From Bdellovibrionales bacterium (GTDB lineage Bacteria; Bdellovibrionota; Bdellovibrionia; Bdellovibrionales; UBA1609): a DNA stretch of 64,000 bases. A program made the translations under genes and the position numbers. The DNA lies in the NCBI GenBank assembly GCA_965261545.1, contig CBDHDF010000002.1, forward strand, positions 576,001 to 640,000, in the 5' to 3' direction. This document shows, in pieces, positions 23,038 through 33,700 of the stretch. The notes below the pieces were generated by a model. The model saw only the letters and a list, made by a program, of their open reading frames with translations, was not told where the DNA came from and ran no database searches. The first letter of the stretch is position 1. Each line of letters begins with the position of its first letter.

Positions 23038-23415
23038 AGCGTCTCAAGCATACGAAGGCACGATTGGATGCGATGATCACCTTTGGGAGTTAGCCAACCA
23101 AGATGTTCACAAACTGTATAACCCAGTTCACGGCGACTTAAAGAAGGAAATAGCGCCACCGTCTTTTGAATGTCGGCAATTTGCTTGCGCGTCAAGCGTC
23201 TTCCAAAAAAAGTTGTTGAAGGCAATGTCTCTATGCGTGGGTCCATTTGAGTCTCTCCCCTTTGGGAATGGTTCAAATATAATGTGACACAACGATGGGG
23301 TGGACTCAAGTATTTTTTTTCGGAAAAAAAAAAAAGATAAAAGCCCCCTTAACTCAGTATGTTAGAGGGAGTCAGAAAAATGTGGAAAAACCTTCTGCAA
23401 AAACGAATGCCATTG
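23038..23415 (-). mobile_element. Left-end fragment of the DUF4338-IS4 element
   Basis: Near-identical to about 54727..55104. Confidence 0.88.
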
Positions 23416-24292
23416 CCCCCAAGAGTCTTTGAGATGATTGTCGAAAATATTTTTAAAAAAATAAAAGGATATTTTTTGTCTGAAGACACATAAAGAGCTT
23501 TGTGCAAGAGAGGGAAACTCCTCAATAAGGGTTTGAAGTATTTGGGCATTTGATGAGTAACCTGCAAAGGTCATATTGCAGGCGAGTTGAAGAATGAAAA
23601 AGAAAAATATTTTTGGGGTGATTTTCCTGTTTCTTAGAGTTTTATTTTCATTAACGCAGTGATTCTTGTTGAATTCTTTGGGTAAATAAGAAATAATATT
23701 CTTGTGGTTTGTGATGCGAACTTGTCATTTTGTTCGCTCCTTTGTAAATTTAAAATTTTGAAGTCTCCAATGCTCCTTTAAAAATAATGTCACATATTTT
23801 ATTTGCTAAAACAACACCTTTCTTAGGATAAATTCAACCATTCTTAAGCGGTAAATCGAAAAAGATGGTCACCCAAAGTCTCGTTCAAACATACATGCCA
23901 TATGCAAAAAAAATAGTCTTGAGCCTCCGAGTTCCCCAAGAGAACTTCAAGCATTTAAATGTGACTAAAGTACAGAAATCGCTTAGGAACTTGGTTGCCC
24001 TCACACAATTTAGATGTAGACAGCCGATCAAGATGCTTAGCACTCTTTTCCCAGTCCTCAATTATCGTGGCCAGCCGCTCCGCGTCCGTCACTCTAATTG
24101 CCGCTTCGCTAGACGGACTGGGGAGTGCAGCGCATCTTTCACTCTTTCCCTTGCTCGCTGGGGCCTCCTCTCACGGGTGAGAGGCCCCAAACGAGCAAGC
24201 CAAAAACCGATAAGCAGGCGAAAAATTTATTATTACAATGAATGGCAGAGAACAAATTTAGTTACAAAGAACCACCTAAGGAGGAGGAACCT

Positions 24293-25300
24293 ATGAAGTA
24301 CGATCATTATATCGCCGTTGACTGGGCGCAAAGCAACATGGCCATTGCAAGAATGACAGTCAAATCTAATGCCATCAAGGCCACTGATGTGAAAGCTGAT
24401 GTTAGTGAACTCCAAATCTACTTGAAGAGTCTCAAAGGCACAAAAGCTCTCACCATTGAAGAAAGTACGGCTTCACAGTGGCTATATACAGAGTTAAAAG
24501 ATCATGTTGATGAACTCTTGATTTGTGATCCCTGTCGCAATAAATTACTGAGTGAGGGACCCAAGAATGATAAAATTGATGCTCAGAAGCTGGTTCATCT
24601 GTTGCGTTCAGGTCTTTTAAAAAGAGTCTTTCATTCAGGGGATGATTTTATTTATCTTAGAAAAATTATCAGTGGATATGAAGATGTTATCAAAGCAGGA
24701 GTTCGAAGCAAAAACCAGAGATCAGCATTGTTTCGAGCCTCCCATGAAAATGCGAAGAAAAAAACAGAGTTAAAAAGATCAGAAGATATATTCGTACTCC
24801 TTGGATTGGATACGAGCATTGCCTTTTATGAAGAAGAGAAAAAGCGTTATGACGCAGAATTCAAGAGACTGGCCAGAAAACACAAAGAAATTAAACACCT
24901 CCAGGGAATTCCAGGAATTGGACACATCAATGCTGTTAAAATCGTAGCTCGTGTTGTAGACCCTCATCGATTTGAACGCAATTCTTGGTGGAGTTACTGT
25001 GGACTAGTGAAGCTGGCTAGAGTTAGTGGTGGAAAAATTTATGGAAAGAAAAACTCTAGATCTTGTCGGCAAATGAAATGTGTTTTTAAGGTGGCTGCAT
25101 TGACAGTTATTGGTGGGAAAAATGAATTCAATGACTGGTATGAGCAGTTAATTACAGAAAGAAATTATCCACCACACAAAGCCAGGAACGCCATTTCAAG
25201 AAGAATAGCTGCTTTAGCATTAGGAGTTTTGAAGTCTGAAGAAAAATTTAAACCCTACAGGAAATACAAAAATGTAAAATATATTAAAACAGCCTCATAA
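24293..25300 (+). CDS. IS110 DEDD recombinase/transposase
   Basis: AVDW, IEE, KNDKIDA, IPGIG, YCGL..RVSGGK; AGGAGG RBS before ATG 24293. Confidence 0.92.
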   Translation: MKYDHYIAVDWAQSNMAIARMTVKSNAIKATDVKADVSELQIYLKSLKGTKALTIEESTASQWLYTELKDHVDELLICDPCRNKLLSEGPKNDKIDAQKLVHLLRSGLLKRVFHSGDDFIYLRKIISGYEDVIKAGVRSKNQRSALFRASHENAKKKTELKRSEDIFVLLGLDTSIAFYEEEKKRYDAEFKRLARKHKEIKHLQGIPGIGHINAVKIVARVVDPHRFERNSWWSYCGLVKLARVSGGKIYGKKNSRSCRQMKCVFKVAALTVIGGKNEFNDWYEQLITERNYPPHKARNAISRRIAALALGVLKSEEKFKPYRKYKNVKYIKTAS

Positions 25301-25840
25301 AAATCTCAGTAGTTCTTTAAGCATATAGCGAAAAGTAGACAATGACTTTATTATGAGGTGAGGATAGATAGCTCGTGCGCCACGAAGCGCAAATACATCG
25401 GTGGTGAAAGTCCACACGAGGAAGTGCCTCAGCACACCTCGCAGCGAGTCTTGGGCTCAAGGAGGTAACGACATGAGTTAAGCGTAGATAGCAAGAAAGA
25501 AGGGCCGTAAGCCGCAAGGTTGAAGTGATTGAGCCTCGAAAGCATTCCATGTGTGGTGGTCGACACTGTGAGTAAGGTGGAAGACAACATCATTCTGCTC
25601 TCACTGAGGAGGACAGGGTGGCACCGCCGGGGTCTGAGAGCACGGCACTTCTTGAAGATGTATTTGTGAACGTGGGAGACCCTCATAGTTCCCTAGGATG
25701 GGGTATTGCCAAACAAGCCTAAACAGCAAGGATGGTGAAATAGCTGTGGGGGAGTCAGCGAATCCATAGTACTGATGAAGCGAGTAATGATCGTGGAGGG
25801 AAGGGATTCAGGTAATTTTAACTTTGGAAGGGAAACGTAA

Positions 25841-27435
25841 ATGGGAGAGACAAAGTCCAATAACATTACGGAAACGAAACTGAAGAAGGTAGCTCAACTA
25901 TCTGGTAAGAATCCCGAGATGGTTTTCATGGGGCTTATGCCTCACGTGAACAGGGAGTCACTCACCAGATGTTTCCACGAGTTGGATGAGAGGAAGGCCG
26001 TGGGAATAGATCGAGTGACCAAGGAGGAGTATAGGCAAGACCTTGCCAAGAATATAGATAATCTAATTCTTCGCATGAAAACTATGACCTACTGCCCCTC
26101 CCCGGTCAGAGAAGTGCTCATTCCCAAAGACCTCTTTCAACGGCCAGTTCAGGCCACTGGGGATCAGCAACCTAGAGGATAAGATGGTCCAGCGTATGTT
26201 CAGTAAAATTCTCGAAGCCATCTATGAACCGATTTTCCAAGACTGTTCATTTGGATTCCGTCGAGGAGTAGGCTGTCACAAGGAGAAATCCTGCCATCAG
26301 GCAGTGCTACCAGCATCTCTATCATGGGAAAGTGGGCTATATCATTGATTTGGATTTAGAAAATTACTTTGGTTCTATCGACCATAAGAAATTAGTGTCC
26401 ATACTCAAGATGAAAATCACGGATGATCGGATGAAGATCTGAGAATCAAAGTTCAGCAGAAAATATCTGGGTGCTTTCGTTCGTTGATGGGAGCCAAGAC
26501 ATTTTGTAGAAACCGAAGCTTTCTCCTGACTTGCCAGAAAAATGGCATAGAACCTAAAGATGCTAAATATGCTATTTCAAGGAAAACTTCCCTCATTTAT
26601 GACTCGAATTCGCCCACCCCCTGAATAGTTACGATTTGGATTTAGAAAATTACTTTGGTTCTATCTGTCCATACTCAAGATGAAAATCACGGATGAAAGA
26701 TTCATAAGGTATATTGTGAGAATGCTGAAGGCTGGAGTTTTGTCTGATGGGGAGCTCAGGATGACCGATGAGGGTACACCTCAAGGCTCATGTGTCAGCC
26801 CCGTCCTTTCGAATATCTTTGCACACTACGCCTTTGACATTTGGTTCAAAGGTGCAGTCAAGAAGTACACGAGAGGACAAGTGGAAATGTATCGCTACTG
26901 CGATGACATCATATTCTGCTGTGAACTTCAGGAGGATGCTGAGAAGGTTTACAGATCACTCCAAGGACGAACCGAGAGGTTTTCCCTTAAGATGAATGTA
27001 GAGAAAACCAAGCGTATCACCTTTTCTAAAGCCAAGGCTCGACGAGGTGAGAAGCAAGGTACCTTCGACTTCTTAGGTTTCACCTTCTACATAAGTAAAC
27101 GCAGAGGGCGCATACTGCCCAAGATTAAATCCAATGGACGTAGAATAAGGAAGAAGCTACAGGTAGTCAAAGAGTGGTGCCGAGCCAACCGTCACAGAGG
27201 TACATTGTGCGAGCTGTGGGAGAGGTTTTGCAAGAAGCTCAGAGGACACGCCCAGTACTATGCTGTCTCCGATAATTACAAAGGAGTGAAGAATTTCTTT
27301 CACTACGCCATTAGGATTTTCTTCAAATGGATGAACAGACGTAGTCAGCGAAGATCTTTTGATTGGAATAAGTTTAACAGGTTCCTTGCTAACTTTCCTC
27401 CACCAAGGGTTCGCATAGTACACAAGCTGTATTGA
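25841..27435 (+). pseudogene. ltrA: Intron reverse transcriptase/maturase, disrupted
   Basis: KAVGID, VLIPK, GTPQG..SP.LSNI, RYCDD, FDFLGF, RRSQR; frameshifts, IS66 insert and local duplication. Confidence 0.88.
26427..26632 (+). mobile_element. IS66 right-end remnant inside the intron RT
   Basis: KVQQKISGCFRS (TnpC C-terminus) and terminus CCCCCTGAATAGTTAC. Confidence 0.75.
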
Positions 27436-28197
27436 TATAGTTGAGTGAGTAGAGTTATCGTCCGCCTATTGCCTTAATTGGGCACGATGGGTGGGAACGG
27501 GGGTTGGGTCGGGTAACCGGCCCTTCTACCCAATAATCCATTCGATAGCCATAAAGGTTCATTTAAGCGATTAGTACGTCCTCTATTCCTTAACATTTAC
27601 GATGACCCAAATTGAAGATTGTAGGAAGGAGCATTTTCCAACCGGTCTTGAATTAAGAGTGTCCAAATAGACGAATCATAGGAATATGTTGTTTTAGAGA
27701 TGTAAATAAAAAGCCATTAACCATGAAGAAGAAGTGCTAGAAAGAACTTGGTGAGAGATTTCGGAAGGACGGGTGACCGTATGCAGCAAAAGATGGTAAT
27801 TTTTTGCAACATGGATAGGTATATTTTCTTGACATACTTTTTCATAGACGAATGGCATTGATATCTAGTAGTTCTTTTATATTAAGCCATTTATGTTAGC
27901 TGACAATTAAAATGCCCCACCGTCGCCAATGAAAAGTGGCCACTTTTCAGAGGAGGACCTATGGTGATTTTTGGCATTGTCAACCGAGACGCATATAATC
28001 AATTGATATTACTCATAAAAAGGCTCCGAGCTGATAAGAACTCCTTTTGGGTGCAAAATTTCACCTAGTTTGACCCACCCAATTTCACCTAGTTTGACCC
28101 ACCCGATTTCACGAAGTTTGACCCACTGAATTTCACCAAACATTGACCCACTTAGATCTTCATAGATATTCTTTCTGCGCTACGCATTAACGAGGAG

Positions 28198-29721
28198 GTG
28201 TCTATGGGCAAACAAGGTAAGAAAAAAGGAGCAAGAATGATCAACAATATTAAGAAATACATAGAGCTTGGACTCAGTTCGAGACAAATAGCTCGAGCTA
28301 TGGGTGTTAGTCGGAACACTGTGAAGAAGTATGTGAAGGATAGTCCCGGAGGCCCTAACAGCCGCTCAAAGGGGTCGCATGGGCCCTACCAAGCCCCATG
28401 GTCATCCAAGGTGAATTGGACAGATGTTCGCCTCAAGCAAAGCCTAGGGACTCAATTGGCTCATTACTGGGAGCGACATATTCAGTCCGAGATTGACGGT
28501 GTGAGTTATCTTTCTTTTTGGAGAGAGTTTCGTCGGAGGCACCCAAGTATAAAGCTTGATATGCACCAGACATTCACCCCTGGTGAACGGAGTGAGTTTG
28601 ACTATAAGGGAAAAGACTCTTGTTTTGGCTATACAGATGCCAAGACTGGGGAGTTCATCCCATGTCGATTATTTGGAATGATACTTCCATCGAGTCAGTT
28701 TTTCTTTCCATGCGCCACATTAACAGAGCAGCGGGAAGATGTTTTTTCCTCCATAGCTTCTGGTTTTGAGTTTTTTGGTGGTGTGACCGGAACCATTGCT
28801 TTTGATAACGCAAAGGTTCAAGTGACAAGAGCTGATACTTATGACCCCGATATTAACTCTGAGTTTCACCTCTTGTGTGATCACTACAATGTGGCTCCTT
28901 TGGCGATGAGGCCATCTCGCCCCAAAGACAAGAGTCTTATCGAAAATACCCTTGGAGTCTTTTGGCGCTGGTCTTGGCCCCAGATAAGAGAGCGGCAAAT
29001 GTATTCTCTAGCAGACATCAACGCTGAGTTGAAGCATTTGGCAGCTATTTTCAATGATCGTATTCAAAAAAAGTATGGGTTGAGTCGTCGACAGAAGTTT
29101 GAATCTTTTGAGAAGTCAAAATTGAATCCTCTTCCTGAAAGACGCTATGAGAGTGGATTCTGGAAGCATTCCAAGGTTCATCCGGATTGTCACATTCAAT
29201 ATAACTACAATTTTTACTCTGTTCCTTATAAGCATCGCGGCAAGAAGTTAGATATTCGTATTAGCCAACAATGCTTGGAGGTTTATTCAGAATTAGAGCG
29301 GGTGGCGATACATCACATCCCCCAGGGCAGTCGAGGGCGCTACTTTACGACAAAATCTCATCTCCCTGAGTCCCACCGGGCCATTTTAGAGCAAACGCCA
29401 CAAAATGTACTTAAAGAGGCATCAAGCCTTGGAGAAAGCATTCACAAAGTTGCCGAGCGGCTTATCAAAGAGCCTCGCCATCCGCTTATGTATCTTCGTC
29501 GTGTTCAGGGGATACTCAATCTAAGAAAACGGTATTCAACAGCTTCTTTGGAGCAGGCTTGCTCATTTTTTGTAGATGCAGCTTTAAGTGACATTAGGGT
29601 TCGTGGAGTTGAGAAAGTCATTTCAGCAAAAAGTCATCGAAAAGAGGAGCCAAGAGTCTGCCGTCAACCTAATGAAAATTTAAGAGGTTCAGAGCACTGG
29701 GAGAATGCTTGCCGCCACTAA
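28198..29721 (+). CDS. istA: IS21 transposase IstA
   Basis: SSRQIARAMGVSRNTVKKY, PGERSEFDY, FDNAK, PKDKSLIE. Confidence 0.93.
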   Translation: MSMGKQGKKKGARMINNIKKYIELGLSSRQIARAMGVSRNTVKKYVKDSPGGPNSRSKGSHGPYQAPWSSKVNWTDVRLKQSLGTQLAHYWERHIQSEIDGVSYLSFWREFRRRHPSIKLDMHQTFTPGERSEFDYKGKDSCFGYTDAKTGEFIPCRLFGMILPSSQFFFPCATLTEQREDVFSSIASGFEFFGGVTGTIAFDNAKVQVTRADTYDPDINSEFHLLCDHYNVAPLAMRPSRPKDKSLIENTLGVFWRWSWPQIRERQMYSLADINAELKHLAAIFNDRIQKKYGLSRRQKFESFEKSKLNPLPERRYESGFWKHSKVHPDCHIQYNYNFYSVPYKHRGKKLDIRISQQCLEVYSELERVAIHHIPQGSRGRYFTTKSHLPESHRAILEQTPQNVLKEASSLGESIHKVAERLIKEPRHPLMYLRRVQGILNLRKRYSTASLEQACSFFVDAALSDIRVRGVEKVISAKSHRKEEPRVCRQPNENLRGSEHWENACRH

Positions 29722-29802
29722 TCACATAGCCCCGGTGGGTGGTTCTCAACCACCTAACGGGTCATTTTGACCTCCATAAGAGAGGTCGTATAGGAGAAGA
29801 AA

Positions 29803-30531
29803 ATGATTAAACAAACAGAAAATTTATTAGAGATATTAAAAATGAGGGGAGTTTTAGCAACCTTGAGCCAGAGGCTCAAAGAAGCTGAGGAGCAGGATCT
29901 TGGTTACGAGGACTTTCTAAATGTCATCTTTGAGGACGAAAAAATCCATCGTGAAAATCAGAAGGTCTCAAGACTTATCAAAAGAGCAGCTTTGCAGCAA
30001 AAAGCAAGCCTTGAGGCCTTTGAAACCAAATCCAACCGAGGAGTCGATCGAAGAGTTTTGAGTGATCTAGCCCTTATGAGATTTGCTCAAAGAGGTCAAA
30101 ATATAATTATCTCTGGCCCAACGGGTGTTGGAAAGTCATATTTGGCTTGTGCCATAGGTAATCACGCCTGTCGCCAAGGTTTTTCCACTCAGTTCTTCAG
30201 AATGAATACTCTTGTTGAAAAATTCAACTTAGAAAGAGCCCAGGGGACATATCTAAACTTCCTTAAAAGGCTAAAATCAGTCTCGATACTTGTGTTGGAT
30301 GATTTTGGTATCAAGCCCCTTACCTCTAACCAATATCAAGACCTTTACGATGTGATTGATGAACGAGGCCCTGACCTGAGCCTCATTCTTACAACCCAAC
30401 TTCCAATAAAAAATTGGAGTGAAGTCATTGAGGATCCCATCGTTTGTGAAGCTATTATGGATCGCATAACCTCTCAAGCTATCAAAATAGCCATGTCTGG
30501 AAGCTCATTTAGGCAGAGAAAGACGATTTAA
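29803..30531 (+). CDS. istB: IS21 IstB AAA+ ATPase
   Basis: GPTGVGKS, LVLDDFG, AIMDRI. Confidence 0.94.
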   Translation: MIKQTENLLEILKMRGVLATLSQRLKEAEEQDLGYEDFLNVIFEDEKIHRENQKVSRLIKRAALQQKASLEAFETKSNRGVDRRVLSDLALMRFAQRGQNIIISGPTGVGKSYLACAIGNHACRQGFSTQFFRMNTLVEKFNLERAQGTYLNFLKRLKSVSILVLDDFGIKPLTSNQYQDLYDVIDERGPDLSLILTTQLPIKNWSEVIEDPIVCEAIMDRITSQAIKIAMSGSSFRQRKTI

Positions 30532-30607
30532 GGAGAATCCATGCAAAGGCAGACCTTGGAAGACACCATCGGGAGACACTCCATCGGAACTATTGAATCA
30601 TGTACCC

Positions 30608-30705
30608 GCCAGTTATCCACAAAATTTACCCACGGCAGCGCTGCGTTGATAGACATCGGGGTCACAGACGCAGCGTCACCATGGATAAATTTGTGGATAA
30701 CTGGC
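30608..30705. repeat. DnaA-box-containing 98-bp hairpin (IS21-B)
   Basis: TTATCCACA 30613-21 and TGTGGATAA 30692-700 in the arms. Confidence 0.8.
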
Positions 30706-31286
30706 TCGCTATTCTCTGCCATTTTGAGCAATGGATTCAACATCCCCATCGAAAAACCCTCCATTGAAACCTCAGAAATGGGGAGGGTCGAGATTCTCAA
30801 TGACAAAGTGGCCAATTTTAGTTGGCATCTAACATTCTGGCAAATAAGCCTTAACCCACCGTTGGGACATCGTGACATTGAGGGTGTAAAAGTTACTGAG
30901 TCAGCAGAAAAAAGAAGGTTTAAATTGACAAAGTTTGAGCCACCGTGAAATTCAAAATTGGACCTCAAATTGACTGACTGAGGGGTGGGTCAAACTTCGT
31001 GAAATTCAGCATGGGTTCTTGTCGACCTGGAAAGGGGCTCCGTGTTGGAGAGTCCTTCCATGACAGCCTATTCAGGTTCCATATTTGTCATTTGTAGACT
31101 GTTTCTGGATTTCAATGAGGTTAAATATATAGTCAAGAAAAGCCTGTTTAGGCTGTGCCCATTTTCTAAAGTATTTAAATTCCACAAGATTCCAACATTT
31201 GCCTCAATTTTCATGGAATTTCTTTCTGAAGACAGGCTTCCCTTAAAGCCGTCGCCAATTAAAATGTCCCACTTTCAATATGGAGG

Positions 31287-32891
31287 TTGTCGCCAATGAA
31301 AAGTGATCAATCTTCAGGGAGTGTTCAAATACTAGACAATGAAGTCTCTTCTTCTGATATAGATACTAAGCTCACAGAGTCCCTCCCTTTTGCAACTCAA
31401 AAGGTTAGCAATGAGGAGGATCTTATGATTAGTCAATACACTTTCGGCCGCATTCGTGACCTGAGTCACAGTGGTAAAAATAAGACAGAAATATCTCGTG
31501 AATTAGGGATCAATCGTAAGACGGTGCGCAAGTACTGTGAGTCCAACACCCCACCGAAGTACAAGGCGAGGTCCAAAAGAACTCGCCCAGATCCCCTTAA
31601 TGGATATATGGATCGGGTGAAGTACTTTTTGAAGTTGAACCCAAGTAACACCGCCCGTGAAATATATGAGCTATTAGTTGAGGAGGGTTATCGTGGGAGT
31701 GAGAGAACGGTTCAGAGAAGAGTTTGTGAGATTCTTGGTTCTCGCCCCAAGGAGCGTTTTTTCAGCCAAAGATATGATCCTGGAGAACAGGCTCAGTTTG
31801 ATTTTAAGGAGAAGGTTGCTTTACCATTTGCCGATGGTGTTCAGATCGTTCATCTCCATTTTGGAACATTGCCTTGTAGTGGCACCTGTTGGGTTCGTGC
31901 CTACCCCTTTCTTGTCTATGAGTGTTTCATCGATGGGGTGCATGCTTTTTTTGAAAAGATAGGTGGGATGAGTGCGAACATCCGTATTGATAATTTATCT
32001 CCCTGTGTGAAGAAAGTTCTTAAAGGAAATCAGCGAATTTACACCCAATCTTTTGATCGAGCCATCCAATACTATGGATTTAAGGTTCTTCCCTGCCGCG
32101 CAGGGAAGGGCTCTGACAAGGGAGATGTGGAGCGTGATATTCGAACCTTCAGTTCTCGGATAAAAAATATTGTTAGAAACAAAGGAATTGTTTTTAAAGA
32201 CTGGGATCATTTGAATCAGTTTTTAGAGTCTTATATGGATCAGCATCAGAGTGACTCCACCAAATCTCGCTTTGAGGAGGAGGCCAAAGTTCTTAAGCCT
32301 TTGCCTCCACGAGATGAAGATATTCTCTGTAAGGTGAATATTTGTCAAAGTAATGGTTATGGGACTTTGAGAATAGGTAAAACCACATATTCCATACCTG
32401 ATGAGGTGATCCAATCTCCCTGTAAAACCGTACAGGGTCCCTATCATGTCACGATCTATCGTGCAGGAGGGAAGCAAGAAATTGTCGCTCGCCATCAAAG
32501 AAAACCTGATGGGGAGCATAGTCTTCTTCTTGAACATATCCTTCCCTCTTTAGTTCGTAAGCCGCAAGCCATGGTAAGATGGGCTCACCGATCCATTCTT
32601 TTTCCAACAAATGTGTTTGAAAATTTTTATCAATACCTCAAGCAACAAGATTCAAGCCGTGCCGAGCATGAATATTTAAGAGTTATCAACTTGATTCAGC
32701 ATGTGAGTTGGCAGGACTTATCTACAGCCATGGAGCTTCAATTAGAAAGTCGTGAGATTTTCGACTTTAAATCCATAAAAGATTTGCTCTTAGGCAATCC
32801 CACCAAAATTAATTTGAATGACCAACAAAAACCACTTCAACCTAGATTGTCTCAATATGACAGTCTTGTTCCAAACATAGGAGGTTCTTAA
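31287..32891 (+). CDS. istA: IS21 transposase IstA
   Basis: Near-identical to 8751..10355. Confidence 0.92.
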   Translation: MSPMKSDQSSGSVQILDNEVSSSDIDTKLTESLPFATQKVSNEEDLMISQYTFGRIRDLSHSGKNKTEISRELGINRKTVRKYCESNTPPKYKARSKRTRPDPLNGYMDRVKYFLKLNPSNTAREIYELLVEEGYRGSERTVQRRVCEILGSRPKERFFSQRYDPGEQAQFDFKEKVALPFADGVQIVHLHFGTLPCSGTCWVRAYPFLVYECFIDGVHAFFEKIGGMSANIRIDNLSPCVKKVLKGNQRIYTQSFDRAIQYYGFKVLPCRAGKGSDKGDVERDIRTFSSRIKNIVRNKGIVFKDWDHLNQFLESYMDQHQSDSTKSRFEEEAKVLKPLPPRDEDILCKVNICQSNGYGTLRIGKTTYSIPDEVIQSPCKTVQGPYHVTIYRAGGKQEIVARHQRKPDGEHSLLLEHILPSLVRKPQAMVRWAHRSILFPTNVFENFYQYLKQQDSSRAEHEYLRVINLIQHVSWQDLSTAMELQLESREIFDFKSIKDLLLGNPTKINLNDQQKPLQPRLSQYDSLVPNIGGS

Positions 32892-33673
32892 TGAATCACG
32901 AAGAACTTATAGGTTCTCTTAAAAAACTCCGACTTCCAGCGATGGCGGATGAATATGTTGCAACGGCTAGAGTTGCCGAAAAAACAAAAAAGACGTATGA
33001 ACAGTATTTAGGTATACTCGTTCAAAATGAGCTTGCTGACAAGCATTCCCAGAGAGTGAAAAGATTGCTTAAGGGGGCCAAGCTTCCTCAACTTAAATCA
33101 CTCCAAACTTATAACTTCCAGAAAAGAACGGGAGTGACAGCTCAGCAAATTAATTGGATGGCAGAGGGAGAGTGGGTCAGAAAAGCCTGTAATGTTGTGT
33201 TTTACGGAAGCTTTGGAATGGGGAAAAGTCATTTGGCCATGTCCCTAGTTCGTTCACTCTGTGAACAAGGCTATCGATGTTTATGGGTCACCACTCATGA
33301 ACTTATTGAAACAATGCGTGAAAGCAAGAAAGAACTCTCATTGAATGCTCTTTTTAAGAAATTAGACCGTTTTGATCTTATTGCTTGTGATGAACTTGGC
33401 TATACAGCTTCCTGCACAGAGGGGGCAGATCTTTTCTTTCAATTCATATCTCAGCGATATGAAAGGAAAAGTCTCATGATCACTACAAACTTAACTTACT
33501 CTGAATGGGATAAGGTGTTTCTTAACCCTATTACCACCGCTGCTGCTGTTGATCGAATTATTCACAACTGTGAAACCCTCAACATTGAAGGAAAAGAAAG
33601 TTGGAGAACCGAATCGGCAAAAGCCAAGTCTAAACAGAGCAAAGAGGAAAGTTCAACCAAAGAAGTTCATTAG
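32891..33673 (+). CDS. istB: IS21 IstB AAA+ ATPase
   Basis: GSFGMGKSHLA, IACDELGY, AAVDRIIH. Confidence 0.94.
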   Translation: MNHEELIGSLKKLRLPAMADEYVATARVAEKTKKTYEQYLGILVQNELADKHSQRVKRLLKGAKLPQLKSLQTYNFQKRTGVTAQQINWMAEGEWVRKACNVVFYGSFGMGKSHLAMSLVRSLCEQGYRCLWVTTHELIETMRESKKELSLNALFKKLDRFDLIACDELGYTASCTEGADLFFQFISQRYERKSLMITTNLTYSEWDKVFLNPITTAAAVDRIIHNCETLNIEGKESWRTESAKAKSKQSKEESSTKEVH

Positions 33674-33700
33674 AGATCCCCACTTTTGGGGAAGGAACTC

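Larger units (their letters stand above)
25375..27534 (+). mobile_element. Group II intron (bacterial, no endonuclease domain)
   Basis: 5' GTGCG; DII/DIII motifs (GGGAGACCC..GGAGTCAG..ATAGTACTGATGAAG); DV at about 27462-27495; DVI ending CTACCCAAT. Confidence 0.9.
23860..27787 (+). mobile_element. IS110-family element, IS1111-type, carrying a group II intron
   Basis: Subterminal IRs ATGGTCACCC (23865-74) / GGGTGACCGT (27771-80); boundaries set by the empty site at 22954; AAAAGATGGT at both junctions, so the exact crossover is ambiguous. Confidence 0.85.
23416..27860 (-). mobile_element. Truncated IS4 family 3 element (transposase 5' remnant 23416..23728), interrupted by IS1111
   Basis: RNRKITPKIFFF..SSLCVFRQKISFYFFKNIF is homologous to the IS4 N-terminus at 11415-11700; IR CAATGCCATTCGT at 27860. 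Confidence 0.75.
28052..31011 (+). mobile_element. IS21 family B (2960 bp)
   Basis: TGC..GCA ends with tandem ATTTCAC...GTTTGACCCAC repeats; TSD TGGG. Confidence 0.92.

Noticed and set aside
28057..28152. Short repeat array
   Set aside because: Transposase-binding repeats of the IS21-B left end, mirrored at 30945-31011.
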